64,000 nucleotides of DNA, taken from Treponema sp. UBA1747 (lineage in GTDB: Bacteria > Spirochaetota > Spirochaetia > Treponematales > Treponemataceae). The notes under the pieces were generated by a model. It ran no database searches and was not told the DNA's origin. It saw only the letters and a list, made by a program, of their open reading frames with translations. Where the stretch lies: assembly GCA_002315375.1 (NCBI GenBank), contig DCHR01000039.1, forward strand, positions 1,541 through 65,540, written 5' to 3'. How positions within the stretch are numbered: position 1 is the stretch's first letter; each line of letters opens with the position of its first letter. Shown here piece after piece: positions 10,245 to 19,286 of this stretch. A program made the position numbers and the translations under genes.

Positions 10245-10784
10245 TTATGCCAGCTGGCTGTAAATCTGATCTGCAAGACCAAAACCTGCATTCTTCGTCA
10301 TGGCTTCAGAATATTCATCCCAAAGCATGTCTTCATACATTCCGGTAGCAAAATCCGATTCCGTCGCTTTATTTATGGATTTTCTCATCTGTGAAAGCAT
10401 CTGTTTCACAAAATAGTTTTCAAGTTCCTGAGCTTTCTGGTAAAGTTCACTGGTTTTATCGATTGTCTTTGTCTTTACATTAGGATTTGCCTGATTTGCG
10501 GCAGCACCAGTGGGCATTGCAGCTTTATCGCTTTCAGAAGTATAGATTCCTGCAAATCCAGTGGTATATTCCCCGTTCAATCGTCCTTTCTGTACGATCT
10601 GGGAAGATGACAAAGTAGAATTTTCAGAATTGAAGTTATTTTTTTCGTTTGAAGAACGCAGTTTATCAAGAAGTTCAGAAAATCTTGCTTTATCTGCATT
10701 CTGACTTGCTGCCTGAACTGCAGAAGCGCCCCCTGTAAGACCTGTATAAGTACTGATTGCTGAAACGTTCATAAAACACTCCAA
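10245..10784 (-). CDS. flgJ: FlgJ-type rod-binding protein without a muramidase domain
   Basis: LYQKAQELENYFVKQMLSQMRKS...MYEDML...GFGLADQIYSQL. Confidence 0.85.
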   Translation of the reverse strand: MECFMNVSAISTYTGLTGGASAVQAASQNADKARFSELLDKLRSSNEKNNFNSENSTLSSSQIVQKGRLNGEYTTGFAGIYTSESDKAAMPTGAAANQANPNVKTKTIDKTSELYQKAQELENYFVKQMLSQMRKSINKATESDFATGMYEDMLWDEYSEAMTKNAGFGLADQIYSQLA

Positions 10785-10812
10785 AAAAACTAAATAACTT
10801 CTATTATTTCAT

Positions 10813-10839
10813 TTATCGGTCTTTTATTATGAACGTTTA
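10813..10839 (-). promoter_or_regulatory. sigma28 promoter of flgJ
   Basis: Minus strand TAAA-N15-ACCGATAA. Confidence 0.78.
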
Positions 10840-10865
10840 GCAATAATTAATTCTGTTTTTTTGCA

Positions 10866-11708
10866 TTATGCAGCCACATAGATAGAAAAATCCTTCATAT
10901 TCCGGTAAGCACGGCAGTGTGCCAGTGCCCTTCTTTCGATTGTCCTGACTGTTTCTTTTGAAACTCCAAGTTCATTTCCCAGACTAACATAAGACCGGAC
11001 ACCTTTTCTGTCATATCCGTTTCTTGCAATCAGAACATATCGTTCATCTTCCGGAAGGGAATCAAGCATATCAGACAGATAATCATTAAGTTCTTCATAC
11101 TCCGCCAGATCCGAAGGTTTAGCTGCAGAATAATCCGGAATTTTATCACCAAGAGTAAAGATTTCTGTTGATGAATCGGTCAAAGGTTTATCAAGAGAAT
11201 CGACAGTTCCTGAAATATTGATCAGATTCATGACATAAGATTCTTTCATCCCGAGTCTTTCGGCAACCTCTTCAATTCTGGCCTTTTCAGAAGACTTTTC
11301 CTCCGATTCTTCTATAATATTATAAATTCTTGAAAGATCTTCTTCACAATTCTGGGGAAGACGGACAGTTCGTGCATATTTTCCTACTGCATCTGAAATT
11401 TCCTTGCGGATCCAGAAACAAGCATAGGTAATAAAACGGGTTCCTTTATTTTCCTGGTATTTTTCAAAAGCATTTACAAGACCGATATTTCCATACCCGA
11501 TAAGATCATCCAGAGAAAGACTGCCCGAAACCTTAAAGCCCTTAGCGATTTTGATTACAAAATGAAGAGCAGAAGAAATGATTTTATCCCTCGCTTTTTT
11601 ATCCCCGTTTCTGGCTTTTGCAAAAAGTTCTTTTTCTTCTTCAGCAGAAAGGTAAACCACATCCTTCATGGATTTCAAATACATTTCATAAGCGCTTACA
11701 TCTCTCAT
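10866..11708 (-). CDS. sigma70-family RNA polymerase sigma factor with regions 1.2-4 and no region 1.1
   Basis: YLKSM..LSAEEE, DLIGYGNIGLVNAFEKY, GTRFITYACFWIRKEI, RTVRLP, SLDKP, LGVSKETVRTIERRAL. Confidence 0.92.
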   Translation of the reverse strand: MRDVSAYEMYLKSMKDVVYLSAEEEKELFAKARNGDKKARDKIISSALHFVIKIAKGFKVSGSLSLDDLIGYGNIGLVNAFEKYQENKGTRFITYACFWIRKEISDAVGKYARTVRLPQNCEEDLSRIYNIIEESEEKSSEKARIEEVAERLGMKESYVMNLINISGTVDSLDKPLTDSSTEIFTLGDKIPDYSAAKPSDLAEYEELNDYLSDMLDSLPEDERYVLIARNGYDRKGVRSYVSLGNELGVSKETVRTIERRALAHCRAYRNMKDFSIYVAA

Positions 11709-11768
11709 ATCATTCTCCTTTTTATACCTTATTTTAGGAGGATGACTGTATCATTTAGTGATACATAT

Positions 11769-11800
11769 AAAAAAAATCCTGCAGATTTTCTGCAGGATTC
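11769..11800 (-). terminator. Intrinsic terminator after flgG
   Basis: AATCCTGCAGA/TCTGCAGGATT inverted repeat with a T-run on the minus strand. Confidence 0.75.
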
Positions 11801-11842
11801 TAAGATTTTACTGAATTATTTTACTTTAGAGTGTCAAAGGAC

Positions 11843-12637
11843 TTATCTCTTAAGGTTTACGGCTGTAGAAAGCATTGAATCGCTTGTCTGTACTGTCTTA
11901 GAGTTGAATTCATAAGCACGCTGGGCTGTAATCATCTGAACCATTTCATTTACAACTGAAACGTTAGACATTTCAAGGAATTTGTGGCGTGTCTGACCGA
12001 ATCCTTCATATCCAGGACGCCCTGCAACAGGTGCCCCGGAAGCATTTGTAACTGTAAACAGGTTGTCACCTTCAGCCTGAAGACCTACAGCATTTGGAAA
12101 GCGGAAAAGTTCCATCTGTCCAACTTCTACAGGTTCAACTCCGCCATTTACCTTTACAGAAACGATACCGCCCTGTGAAATATTCAAAGTTGAAACATCA
12201 TATCCTTCAGGAAGAATGATTTCAGGCATAACGCGAAGACCATTTGAAGTAACCAGCTGACCGTTCATATCAACTTTGAAAGAACCGTCACGGGTGTAAG
12301 CATAGCTTCCGTCATACTGCTGAACACGGAAGAAACCTTCACCTACGATGGCTACATCTGTGTCTACACCTGTATTCTGAAGTGATCCCTGGTTCATAAT
12401 GCGCTGTGTTGCAGCAACTTTTACACCGGCACCCTGCTGGATTCCGACTGGAGTTACTGTATCTTCTGTTGCAGGTGTCCCTGCAAGCTTAAGGTTCTGA
12501 TAAATAAGGTCTTCAAATTCAACACGCTGCTGTTTGTAACCTGTTGTATTAACGTTTGAAAGGTTGTTTGAAATTGCATCAATATTTGACTGCTGACCGT
12601 TCATACCGGTAGCTGCTGTCCATAAACTTCTTACCAT
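11843..12637 (-). CDS. flgG: Distal rod protein FlgG
   Basis: MVRSLWTAATGM, SNNLSNVNTTGYK, EFEDLIYQ, YTRDGSF, SNVSVVNEMV. Confidence 0.96.
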   Translation of the reverse strand: MVRSLWTAATGMNGQQSNIDAISNNLSNVNTTGYKQQRVEFEDLIYQNLKLAGTPATEDTVTPVGIQQGAGVKVAATQRIMNQGSLQNTGVDTDVAIVGEGFFRVQQYDGSYAYTRDGSFKVDMNGQLVTSNGLRVMPEIILPEGYDVSTLNISQGGIVSVKVNGGVEPVEVGQMELFRFPNAVGLQAEGDNLFTVTNASGAPVAGRPGYEGFGQTRHKFLEMSNVSVVNEMVQMITAQRAYEFNSKTVQTSDSMLSTAVNLKR

Positions 12638-12647
12638 TTTCTATCTC

Positions 12648-13445
12648 CTACTTGTAAACCGCAACTTTACTCCAGAGAGTGTCCATCATGCTGTCTTCAC
12701 TGGAAATTGACTTCTGGTTTGCTTCATAAGCACGGTTTACTTCAATCATCTGAACCATTTCATTTACTACGTTTACATTTGAAGTTTCTGTGTATCCCTG
12801 CATGAATGTTGGACGTTCAGATCCTTCTGCAATATGAGCAGGTCCCGAAATATCGTTGGCAGCATAGAAGCTGTTACCCATCTTTTTCAGATAACGTTCA
12901 TTATCGAATCTTACAACCTGGAAGCGGTCAATTTCACGGTCTTCGGTTTCAGAAAAGATAATTCCGTCTTCATTTACTTTAAATTTATCGTCTGTAACAC
13001 GGATATATCCATTTTCCCCAAGAACAGGATATCCGTCTTTTGTTTCAAGGATTCCTTCTTTCCCAATAAAGAAGTTTCCGTTTCTTGTATAGCGTTCACC
13101 GTTTGGAGTCTCAATTACATAGAATCCTTTTCCGGCAAGTGCTGTATCTGTTTTAGTATTTGTCGATTTGAAAGAGCCCTGTGCAAAATCGATGAAATTT
13201 TCGTTTGTTTCTACACCAAGACCAAGTTTCCCGATAACCGGTGCAGCATCTGCTGAACCAAATGGAGTTTCATACTGACCGTCGAAACTTGTGCGACGGA
13301 GTAAAAGCTCACTGAAATTCTTGCTTACAGTAATATCCCGTTTATAACCGGCTGTATCCACGTTTGCAAGATTGTTTGAAATAGCATCCAGGCGGTTCTG
13401 CTGAGCATTCATGCCGCTAGCCCCTGTGTACCATCCTCTGATCAT
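12648..13445 (-). CDS. flgF: Proximal rod protein FlgF (FlgF/FlhO type)
   Basis: SNNLANVDTAGYKRD, RYTRNGNF, ETSNVNVVNEMV; directly upstream of flgG. Confidence 0.85.
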   Translation of the reverse strand: MIRGWYTGASGMNAQQNRLDAISNNLANVDTAGYKRDITVSKNFSELLLRRTSFDGQYETPFGSADAAPVIGKLGLGVETNENFIDFAQGSFKSTNTKTDTALAGKGFYVIETPNGERYTRNGNFFIGKEGILETKDGYPVLGENGYIRVTDDKFKVNEDGIIFSETEDREIDRFQVVRFDNERYLKKMGNSFYAANDISGPAHIAEGSERPTFMQGYTETSNVNVVNEMVQMIEVNRAYEANQKSISSEDSMMDTLWSKVAVYK

Positions 13446-13520
13446 AAATTACCACCCTAGTATATGAATCAGCACTCCCTACGGAAAACTTCCGTCCCAA
13501 ATGGGAGTATCTTATTCATA

Positions 13521-13547
13521 TAATCGGGAGAAAAATAGAAATGTTTA
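13521..13547 (-). promoter_or_regulatory. sigma28 promoter of flgF-flgG
   Basis: Minus strand TAAA-N15-CCCGATTA. Confidence 0.65.
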
Positions 13548-13573
13548 GAGTTTATTTTCATATATTATAGAAA

Positions 13574-14626
13574 TCAGCGCCCCAGTTCCTTTCCTCTAAC
13601 GCCAAAAGATTCCTGGCGTTTACGGACGGTCTGGATAAGAACGTTGTCTTTTTCAAGTAAATCGATCATATCCCAGTGGTAATCAAGGTCTTCCGGAGGG
13701 AAAAGTGGCGGCGGGTCCGGTTTCCGTTTGGAATTCTGAACCCGGACTATTTCCATCAGTTCTTCAAAGGATTTTTTATCCAGAAGCTGCTTAAGATACA
13801 CATTATCTGACGCTGCTATGGTATTTTCTCTGTTATAGACTACCGGTTTTCCATCAAAAGCCTTTTCAGCAGGGTTTTTATCAAGATTTCTTACAATAAT
13901 TCTGCGCCCCGGAACACAGGCATAAACATTTCCGGCAGACAAAAGATGTTTGTTTATATTGTATTCCGCATCTTCAATTCTGGTACTTTCAATTACGGCT
14001 TCAAGACTCGGATCATATTCCATATCCGATTTCCAGAAACGGATTCTGTATATTTCATCAGTATTTTCAGAATCTATATACCAGGAATAAAGATTTTCGG
14101 GTTCAACCTGGGGAGAAACCTTAATTCCCTCTGTCACTGCATTTTCCATCCAGAACTCAGGATTCAAATCGCTTTTCACCCAGAATTCCAGGTACATTTT
14201 CCCGTCTATTACGGATACAGGAACACGGTTTTTCTCGAATTTCCCGTAGGTAAGAATCAATTCATAAGCTCCGGATTTATCAGGCTCTGTTTCTTCGCTT
14301 TCCCAAAGCTTTTCAGAATCCACAAGAACCTTCACAGGATCTTTTGTAGTGGCAGCATTACGGTCTCTCTTGAAAGCCTTACTGTAGTCTTCATGTTCCA
14401 CTACACGGTCCAGATACCATCCGTAATAATCTTTAAGAACGATTACAATCCGATCTTCGAATTCATTTTCTGAATCTCTGGAAGGAACCCGTTCAAAAAA
14501 CACATAACGGTCTTTTCCTTCCCAGATTCCTTCAATATTTTCAGGAATTTCACCTTTCAAAGGCATTAAAAATGAGAAAAAAGATAAAACGAGAAATAGA
14601 TTTCTTTTTAGTCGTGAAAATTTCAT
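13574..14626 (-). CDS. Exported hypothetical protein
   Basis: 350-aa ORF with an N-terminal signal-like segment; 4-bp overlap with the upstream glycosyltransferase. Confidence 0.7.
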   Translation of the reverse strand: MKFSRLKRNLFLVLSFFSFLMPLKGEIPENIEGIWEGKDRYVFFERVPSRDSENEFEDRIVIVLKDYYGWYLDRVVEHEDYSKAFKRDRNAATTKDPVKVLVDSEKLWESEETEPDKSGAYELILTYGKFEKNRVPVSVIDGKMYLEFWVKSDLNPEFWMENAVTEGIKVSPQVEPENLYSWYIDSENTDEIYRIRFWKSDMEYDPSLEAVIESTRIEDAEYNINKHLLSAGNVYACVPGRRIIVRNLDKNPAEKAFDGKPVVYNRENTIAASDNVYLKQLLDKKSFEELMEIVRVQNSKRKPDPPPLFPPEDLDYHWDMIDLLEKDNVLIQTVRKRQESFGVRGKELGR

Positions 14627-15714
14627 TTTAGTACATTCAGAGTTTCGGCAACTGTTGCCTTCCAGTTAAACTCTGATGCACGTTTTATTCCAGAATCGAC
14701 CATTTTTGAGCACAATTCTTTATCAGAAATCACTTTTTCCATGGAAACGGCAATTTCATCCGGTTTTTCCGAGTTAAAATACAAAGGAACTAAACCGCCA
14801 ACCTCAGGCAAGGCTCCGCTGTCAGAACACATGACAGGAACACCACAAGCCATTGCCTCAAGAACTGGAAGCCCTGCTCCTTCATTTACAGCAGTTACTA
14901 CGCAGCCGTCACTTCCGGCATAAAGCTTTGCAAGGCTTTCAAAAGGATAAAAGCCTGTGATAAAGATATCTTCTGCGAATTCTGAATTGTAAGCCGCTTT
15001 CTGAACTTTCTCTGCGTATTCTCCGCCATATCCTGCAATTACAAGACGATGTGCTGTCTGGTTCTTTGCCTTGAAAATCTCAAAGGCCTTTATAAGTTCA
15101 ATATGTTTTTTCTGAGGGCCTGACAAAGAGGTACAGGAAAGAAAATATGGTCTTTTAATGGCAAAAGGTTTTATATCAAGGATATCATCATCAAGATCCA
15201 TAACCGGATAAAAAACTGTATGGTCTATTCCGTTGTGGACTACGTTTATTTTTTCTTTATCGAAACCGTTCGAAATAAGATCTTTTTCAATAAACTCACT
15301 TACCGCGATTATTTTTGAGACATTCTTAAGGGCTTTCCCCAGATTTTTCCGGACTTTCCTGTCATGAATTCCTGAAACCTGAGAATTAATTACAGCAACA
15401 GAAGTAAATTTTCCTGTTACGGGATGAATTTTTTCAGGATTTGGGAAAAGAACTGCATCATACTTGTTTCTCTGAATAAACTTTGCAGCTTTATATTTAT
15501 GCCATTTCTGTACTTCTTTCAGATTCTTAAAATCAGGAATCGCTGTAAAGGGAATATCAATTCCGGAGGTATATTCAAAACGTTCTGCTTCAAGGCCAAA
15601 AAGTTCAAAAGTAAATTCACCTGACTTGGGCAGATTTTTGATTATTGAACGAATATACGAACCTGCACCACCAGCAGCCTGGTTGCAACCACAAGTATCT
15701 ATACCGATTTTCAT
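14623..15714 (-). CDS. GT4 (GT-B) glycosyltransferase
   Basis: Start reassigned to MKIGIDT (15714); IIAVSEF, VVHNGID, EGAGLPVLEAMACGVPV, ALPEV. Confidence 0.9.
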   Translation of the reverse strand: MKIGIDTCGCNQAAGGAGSYIRSIIKNLPKSGEFTFELFGLEAERFEYTSGIDIPFTAIPDFKNLKEVQKWHKYKAAKFIQRNKYDAVLFPNPEKIHPVTGKFTSVAVINSQVSGIHDRKVRKNLGKALKNVSKIIAVSEFIEKDLISNGFDKEKINVVHNGIDHTVFYPVMDLDDDILDIKPFAIKRPYFLSCTSLSGPQKKHIELIKAFEIFKAKNQTAHRLVIAGYGGEYAEKVQKAAYNSEFAEDIFITGFYPFESLAKLYAGSDGCVVTAVNEGAGLPVLEAMACGVPVMCSDSGALPEVGGLVPLYFNSEKPDEIAVSMEKVISDKELCSKMVDSGIKRASEFNWKATVAETLNVLK

Positions 15715-15839
15715 ACCTAAATGATGTAAGACTAAAGAAAAAATGTCAACCAAAGAATATTTCCACGGAGAATTTGTGAATTCATTTTTTGTCAAGAAAA
15801 AAAGTTTCTGAATTTGCAAATTTATTTAACTTTTTCCAC

Positions 15840-15902
15840 TTGTCACACAATATATAGTGGTATAAGATATTCAAAAATAACAAAAAACACTAGTTGTTAT
15901 GT
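15840..15902 (+). promoter_or_regulatory. sigma70 promoter of nrdR-nrdD with tandem NrdR boxes
   Basis: TTGTCA(15840)-17-TAAGAT(15863); ACACAATATATAGTGG (15845-15860) and weaker ACACTAGTTGTTATGT (15887-15902), 42 bp apart; NrdR consensus is acaCwAtATaTwGtgt. Confidence 0.8.
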
Positions 15903-15918
15903 AAAAAAAGGGTGGGAA

Positions 15919-16380
15919 ATGCGCTGTCCAAATTGCGGTAGCCTTGATGACAAAGTACTCGAATCACGCACTATGGTAAACGGAGAATCAATCCGTCGCC
16001 GCCGTGAATGCAACTCATGCGGGTACAGATTCACAAGTTACGAACGTATCGATGAAAAACCTTTCTTTGTAGTCAAAAAAGACGGCAGACGCCAGCCTTT
16101 TGACCGTGCAAAACTGGAAAAAGGTATTGACCGTGCTCTGGAAAAGAGACCTTTCTCCCCTGTTCAGGTAGAACAGATTGTAACGGACATAGAGGACGCT
16201 GCAGTACGTCAGGGACGCGAAGACCGTGAAATCGGAACCGTAGAACTGGGCGAAATTGTGCTTCAGAAACTCTACGAAGTAGACAAAGTGGCTTATATCC
16301 GCTTTGCATCGGTTTACAAAAGATTTGAAAATATTGAGGAATTTCTTAATGAAATCAAGTCTATTGAGAACCGAAAGTAA
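15919..16380 (+). CDS. nrdR: Transcriptional repressor NrdR
   Basis: MRCPNC zinc ribbon, IRRRRECNSC, ATP-cone VVKKDGRRQPFDR, VAYIRFASVY. Confidence 0.97.
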   Translation: MRCPNCGSLDDKVLESRTMVNGESIRRRRECNSCGYRFTSYERIDEKPFFVVKKDGRRQPFDRAKLEKGIDRALEKRPFSPVQVEQIVTDIEDAAVRQGREDREIGTVELGEIVLQKLYEVDKVAYIRFASVYKRFENIEEFLNEIKSIENRK

Positions 16381-16428
16381 TTTATTTCAGTAAAAATAAA
16401 ATAAATAAAAAAATATAAGGTGGGACAA

Positions 16429-18540
16429 ATGAGTGACCAGACAGTATTTCCGCAGTGGCGGAGCTTTCTAGGAAAGAGTTCAGACGCCGAAACAAAGGGT
16501 GTTCTGAAAAACGTTGTAAAACGTTCAGGTGAAATTGCGGAATATGACCGCACAAAAATCGAAAATGCCATAAACAAAGCAGTTGAAGCAGTAACAAAGA
16601 GTCCTGATGATGCAAAAGCCGCCAGATTAACTGACCTTGTTGAAGAAAAACTTCGTGTACAGATGGCCGGAAACCGTGCACACTCTATTCCTGCTATTGA
16701 AGAAATCCAGGACATCGTTGAAACAGTACTTATCGAAAACAAAGAAGTTGAAATCGCAAAAGCATACATTCTTTACCGTGCAAGCCGTGAAGCAGTTCGT
16801 GATGCAAAAAGCCTTATGGTTGACATCAACAAAACTATGGACGGTTACCTTGGTCAGAGCGACTGGCGTGTAAACGAAAACGCAAACGTAAACTTCTCTC
16901 TCGGAGGACTTATCCTCCACAACTCAGGAACAATTACTGCAAACTACTGGCTTAACAACATTTACTCACCTGAAGTTGCTGAAGCTCATAAAACATGTGC
17001 ATTCCATATTCATGACCTTTCAATGTTCTCAGGATATTGTGCCGGTTGGTCTCTGCGCCAGCTGATTGCAGAAGGTCTTGGTGGAGTCCCTGATAAAATT
17101 ACCTCTACACCTGCTACTCACCTTTCTACACTTGTAAACCAGATGGTAAACTTCCTGGGAATCCTTCAGAACGAATGGGCCGGAGCTCAGGCTTTCTCAA
17201 GTTTTGATACTTACCTTGCTCCATTCATCAAAAAAGACCATCTTTCAGATAAAGAAGTCCGCCAGTGCATCCAGAGCTTCCTTTACGGCGTAAATACACC
17301 AAGCCGCTGGGGTTCACAGGCTCCTTTCACAAACGTTACTCTGGATCTGAACTGTCCAGGTGACCTTAAGGACAAAAAAGCCATTGTTGGCGGAAAAGAA
17401 CAGGATTTCACCTATGGTGACTGTCAGAAGGAAATGGATCTTATCAATAAAACATTCATCCAGCTCCTTATCGAAGGTGATGCCAACGGACGCGGATTCG
17501 CATATCCAATTCCAACATACAATATTACCCGCGACTTTGACTGGGATTCAGAAATATCACAGCTTCTGTTTAAAATGACTGCACAGTACGGTACTCCAAA
17601 CTTCCAGAACTTCGTTAATTCAGACCTGAACCCTAACGACGTTCGTTCTATGTGCTGTCGTCTTCAGCTGGACAAGCGTGAACTCCGCCGCCGTGGTGGT
17701 GGACTTTTCGGTGCTGATGAATTCACAGGTTCTATTGGTGTTGTTACACTGAACCTTCCTCAGATCGGATATCTGGCTAAAACAGAAGAACAGTTCTTTG
17801 CACGCCTTGATCACCTTATGGATCTGGCAAAAGAAAGCCTTATTGCAAAACGTAAGGTAATCCAGCGCCTTTATGACGGTGGCCTCTTCCCTTACACAAA
17901 ACGTTACCTGAAAACTCTCGTAAACCACTTCAGCACCATCGGTCTTTGTGGTATGAACGAATGTTGTCTCAACTTCCTTGGAGTGGACATTACAGAACCA
18001 AGAGGAAAAGCTTTTGCAGAAAAAGTTCTTACACACATGAGAGACAGACTTGCTGATTACCAGGAACAGACAGGTGACCTTTTCAACCTGGAAGCTACAC
18101 CTGCAGAAAGTACTTCTTACCGTCTGGCCCGCCACGACAAAGAACAGTACCCAGACATCATTACAAGCGGAAAGAACGAACCATTCTATACAAACTCTTC
18201 TCAGCTCCCTGTTGATTACACTGCTGACGTATTTGAAGCTCTGGATATGCAGGAATCACTCCAGACAAAATACACAGGTGGTACAATGTTCCATGTATTC
18301 ATGGGCGAACAGGTAAAAGACTGGAAAAGCTGCCGTGACCTTGTCAGAACAATTGCAGGTAAATACCGCATTCCGTTCTTTACTATTTCACCGGTTTACT
18401 CAATCTGCCGCATCCACGGTTATTTGAACGGAGAACAGTTCGAATGTCCTAAATGTAAGGCAGAACGTGAAGCTGAACTTCGCCAGGTTCTGAAAAATCT
18501 GGAAGAAGAAAGAGCAAAACTTCTTGCACAGAAGAAATAA
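16429..18540 (+). CDS. nrdD: Class III ribonucleotide reductase catalytic chain that lacks the C-terminal glycyl-radical loop
   Basis: ATP-cone (VVKRSG), HIHDL, GYCAGWS, finger loop RSMCCRL, LEATPAES, YTNSS, YTGGT, Zn site CRIH..CPKC; no RxxGY motif; probable start ATG 16429. Confidence 0.95.
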   Translation: MSDQTVFPQWRSFLGKSSDAETKGVLKNVVKRSGEIAEYDRTKIENAINKAVEAVTKSPDDAKAARLTDLVEEKLRVQMAGNRAHSIPAIEEIQDIVETVLIENKEVEIAKAYILYRASREAVRDAKSLMVDINKTMDGYLGQSDWRVNENANVNFSLGGLILHNSGTITANYWLNNIYSPEVAEAHKTCAFHIHDLSMFSGYCAGWSLRQLIAEGLGGVPDKITSTPATHLSTLVNQMVNFLGILQNEWAGAQAFSSFDTYLAPFIKKDHLSDKEVRQCIQSFLYGVNTPSRWGSQAPFTNVTLDLNCPGDLKDKKAIVGGKEQDFTYGDCQKEMDLINKTFIQLLIEGDANGRGFAYPIPTYNITRDFDWDSEISQLLFKMTAQYGTPNFQNFVNSDLNPNDVRSMCCRLQLDKRELRRRGGGLFGADEFTGSIGVVTLNLPQIGYLAKTEEQFFARLDHLMDLAKESLIAKRKVIQRLYDGGLFPYTKRYLKTLVNHFSTIGLCGMNECCLNFLGVDITEPRGKAFAEKVLTHMRDRLADYQEQTGDLFNLEATPAESTSYRLARHDKEQYPDIITSGKNEPFYTNSSQLPVDYTADVFEALDMQESLQTKYTGGTMFHVFMGEQVKDWKSCRDLVRTIAGKYRIPFFTISPVYSICRIHGYLNGEQFECPKCKAEREAELRQVLKNLEEERAKLLAQKK

Positions 18541-18594
18541 AAGTAAAAATGCCCGTTTTTTCCGGGCAAACACTAAAGATTTTGTATAAAAAGT

Positions 18595-18652
18595 ACGAAA
18601 TTTATAGTGTATTCAGTTGACAAAATAACCAATCATACACTATATTTAGTGT
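18595..18652 (+). promoter_or_regulatory. Internal sigma70 promoter with NrdR boxes
   Basis: TTGACA 18617-18622, -10 TATATT near 18641; near-perfect NrdR box ACACTATATTTAGTGT 18637-18652 and a weaker box ACGAAATTTATAGTGT 18595-18610, 42 bp upstream. Confidence 0.85.
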
Positions 18653-18729
18653 GGGTGCGGTAAATATAGGAATCATTCCTATTTCAACTAAATCAAAAAA
18701 TATCATTTATCGAAAAAGGGGAATAAAAA

Positions 18730-19275
18730 ATGGCAGAAGCAAAAACACTTGAACAGATTGAAAAAGAAATCGCTGAAACAAAGGCAGCTCTGGAAAATGT
18801 ACAGGGTTCTGAAACAGAAGTTTATGCACGTATCGTAGGATACTACCGTTCAGTACGCAACTGGAACAAAGGTAAGCGCGACGAATTTGACCTGCGCAAA
18901 CATTTCACTCTTGAAGACAGCAATCTTGAAACAAGAGCTTATGAACTGACAGCTGCAGATTCAGGATGTACTTGTGCAGCTCCTGCAAATATGAGAGTAG
19001 AAGAAACAGCAAATGGAACTGTTGCTGCATATGAACTTTTTGTTCGCAAAACATGTCCAAACTGCCCTCCTGTAAAAGCATACATGGCTGATGTTCAGGT
19101 TCTTGGACGTTCAATCGATGTAGACTCAGAAGAAGGTCTTGCAGAAGCTGCAAAGAAAGGTGTATTCGCAGCTCCTACAGTAATCTGCTACGATTCAAAC
19201 GGAAACGAAACAGCACGCTGTCACAATGTTGAAGAACTTCAGGCTGTATTCGAAAAAGTAGCCGTAACAGCATAA
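18730..19275 (+). CDS. Stand-alone NrdD glycyl-radical domain fused to a glutaredoxin/NrdH-like domain
   Basis: TEVYARIVGYYRSVRNWNKGKRDEF (Gly37), then TCPNCPP and APTV thioredoxin-fold motifs; own SD AAAGGGGA. Confidence 0.9.
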   Translation: MAEAKTLEQIEKEIAETKAALENVQGSETEVYARIVGYYRSVRNWNKGKRDEFDLRKHFTLEDSNLETRAYELTAADSGCTCAAPANMRVEETANGTVAAYELFVRKTCPNCPPVKAYMADVQVLGRSIDVDSEEGLAEAAKKGVFAAPTVICYDSNGNETARCHNVEELQAVFEKVAVTA

Positions 19276-19286
19276 GTTCAAGCTTC

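Noticed and set aside
18541-18729. Stop read-through, frameshift or intron joining nrdD and the small gene, which are in the same frame
   Set aside because: TAA-AAG-TAA gives consecutive stops, the gap is short and AT-rich with no intron core visible, and it contains a promoter, NrdR boxes and an SD
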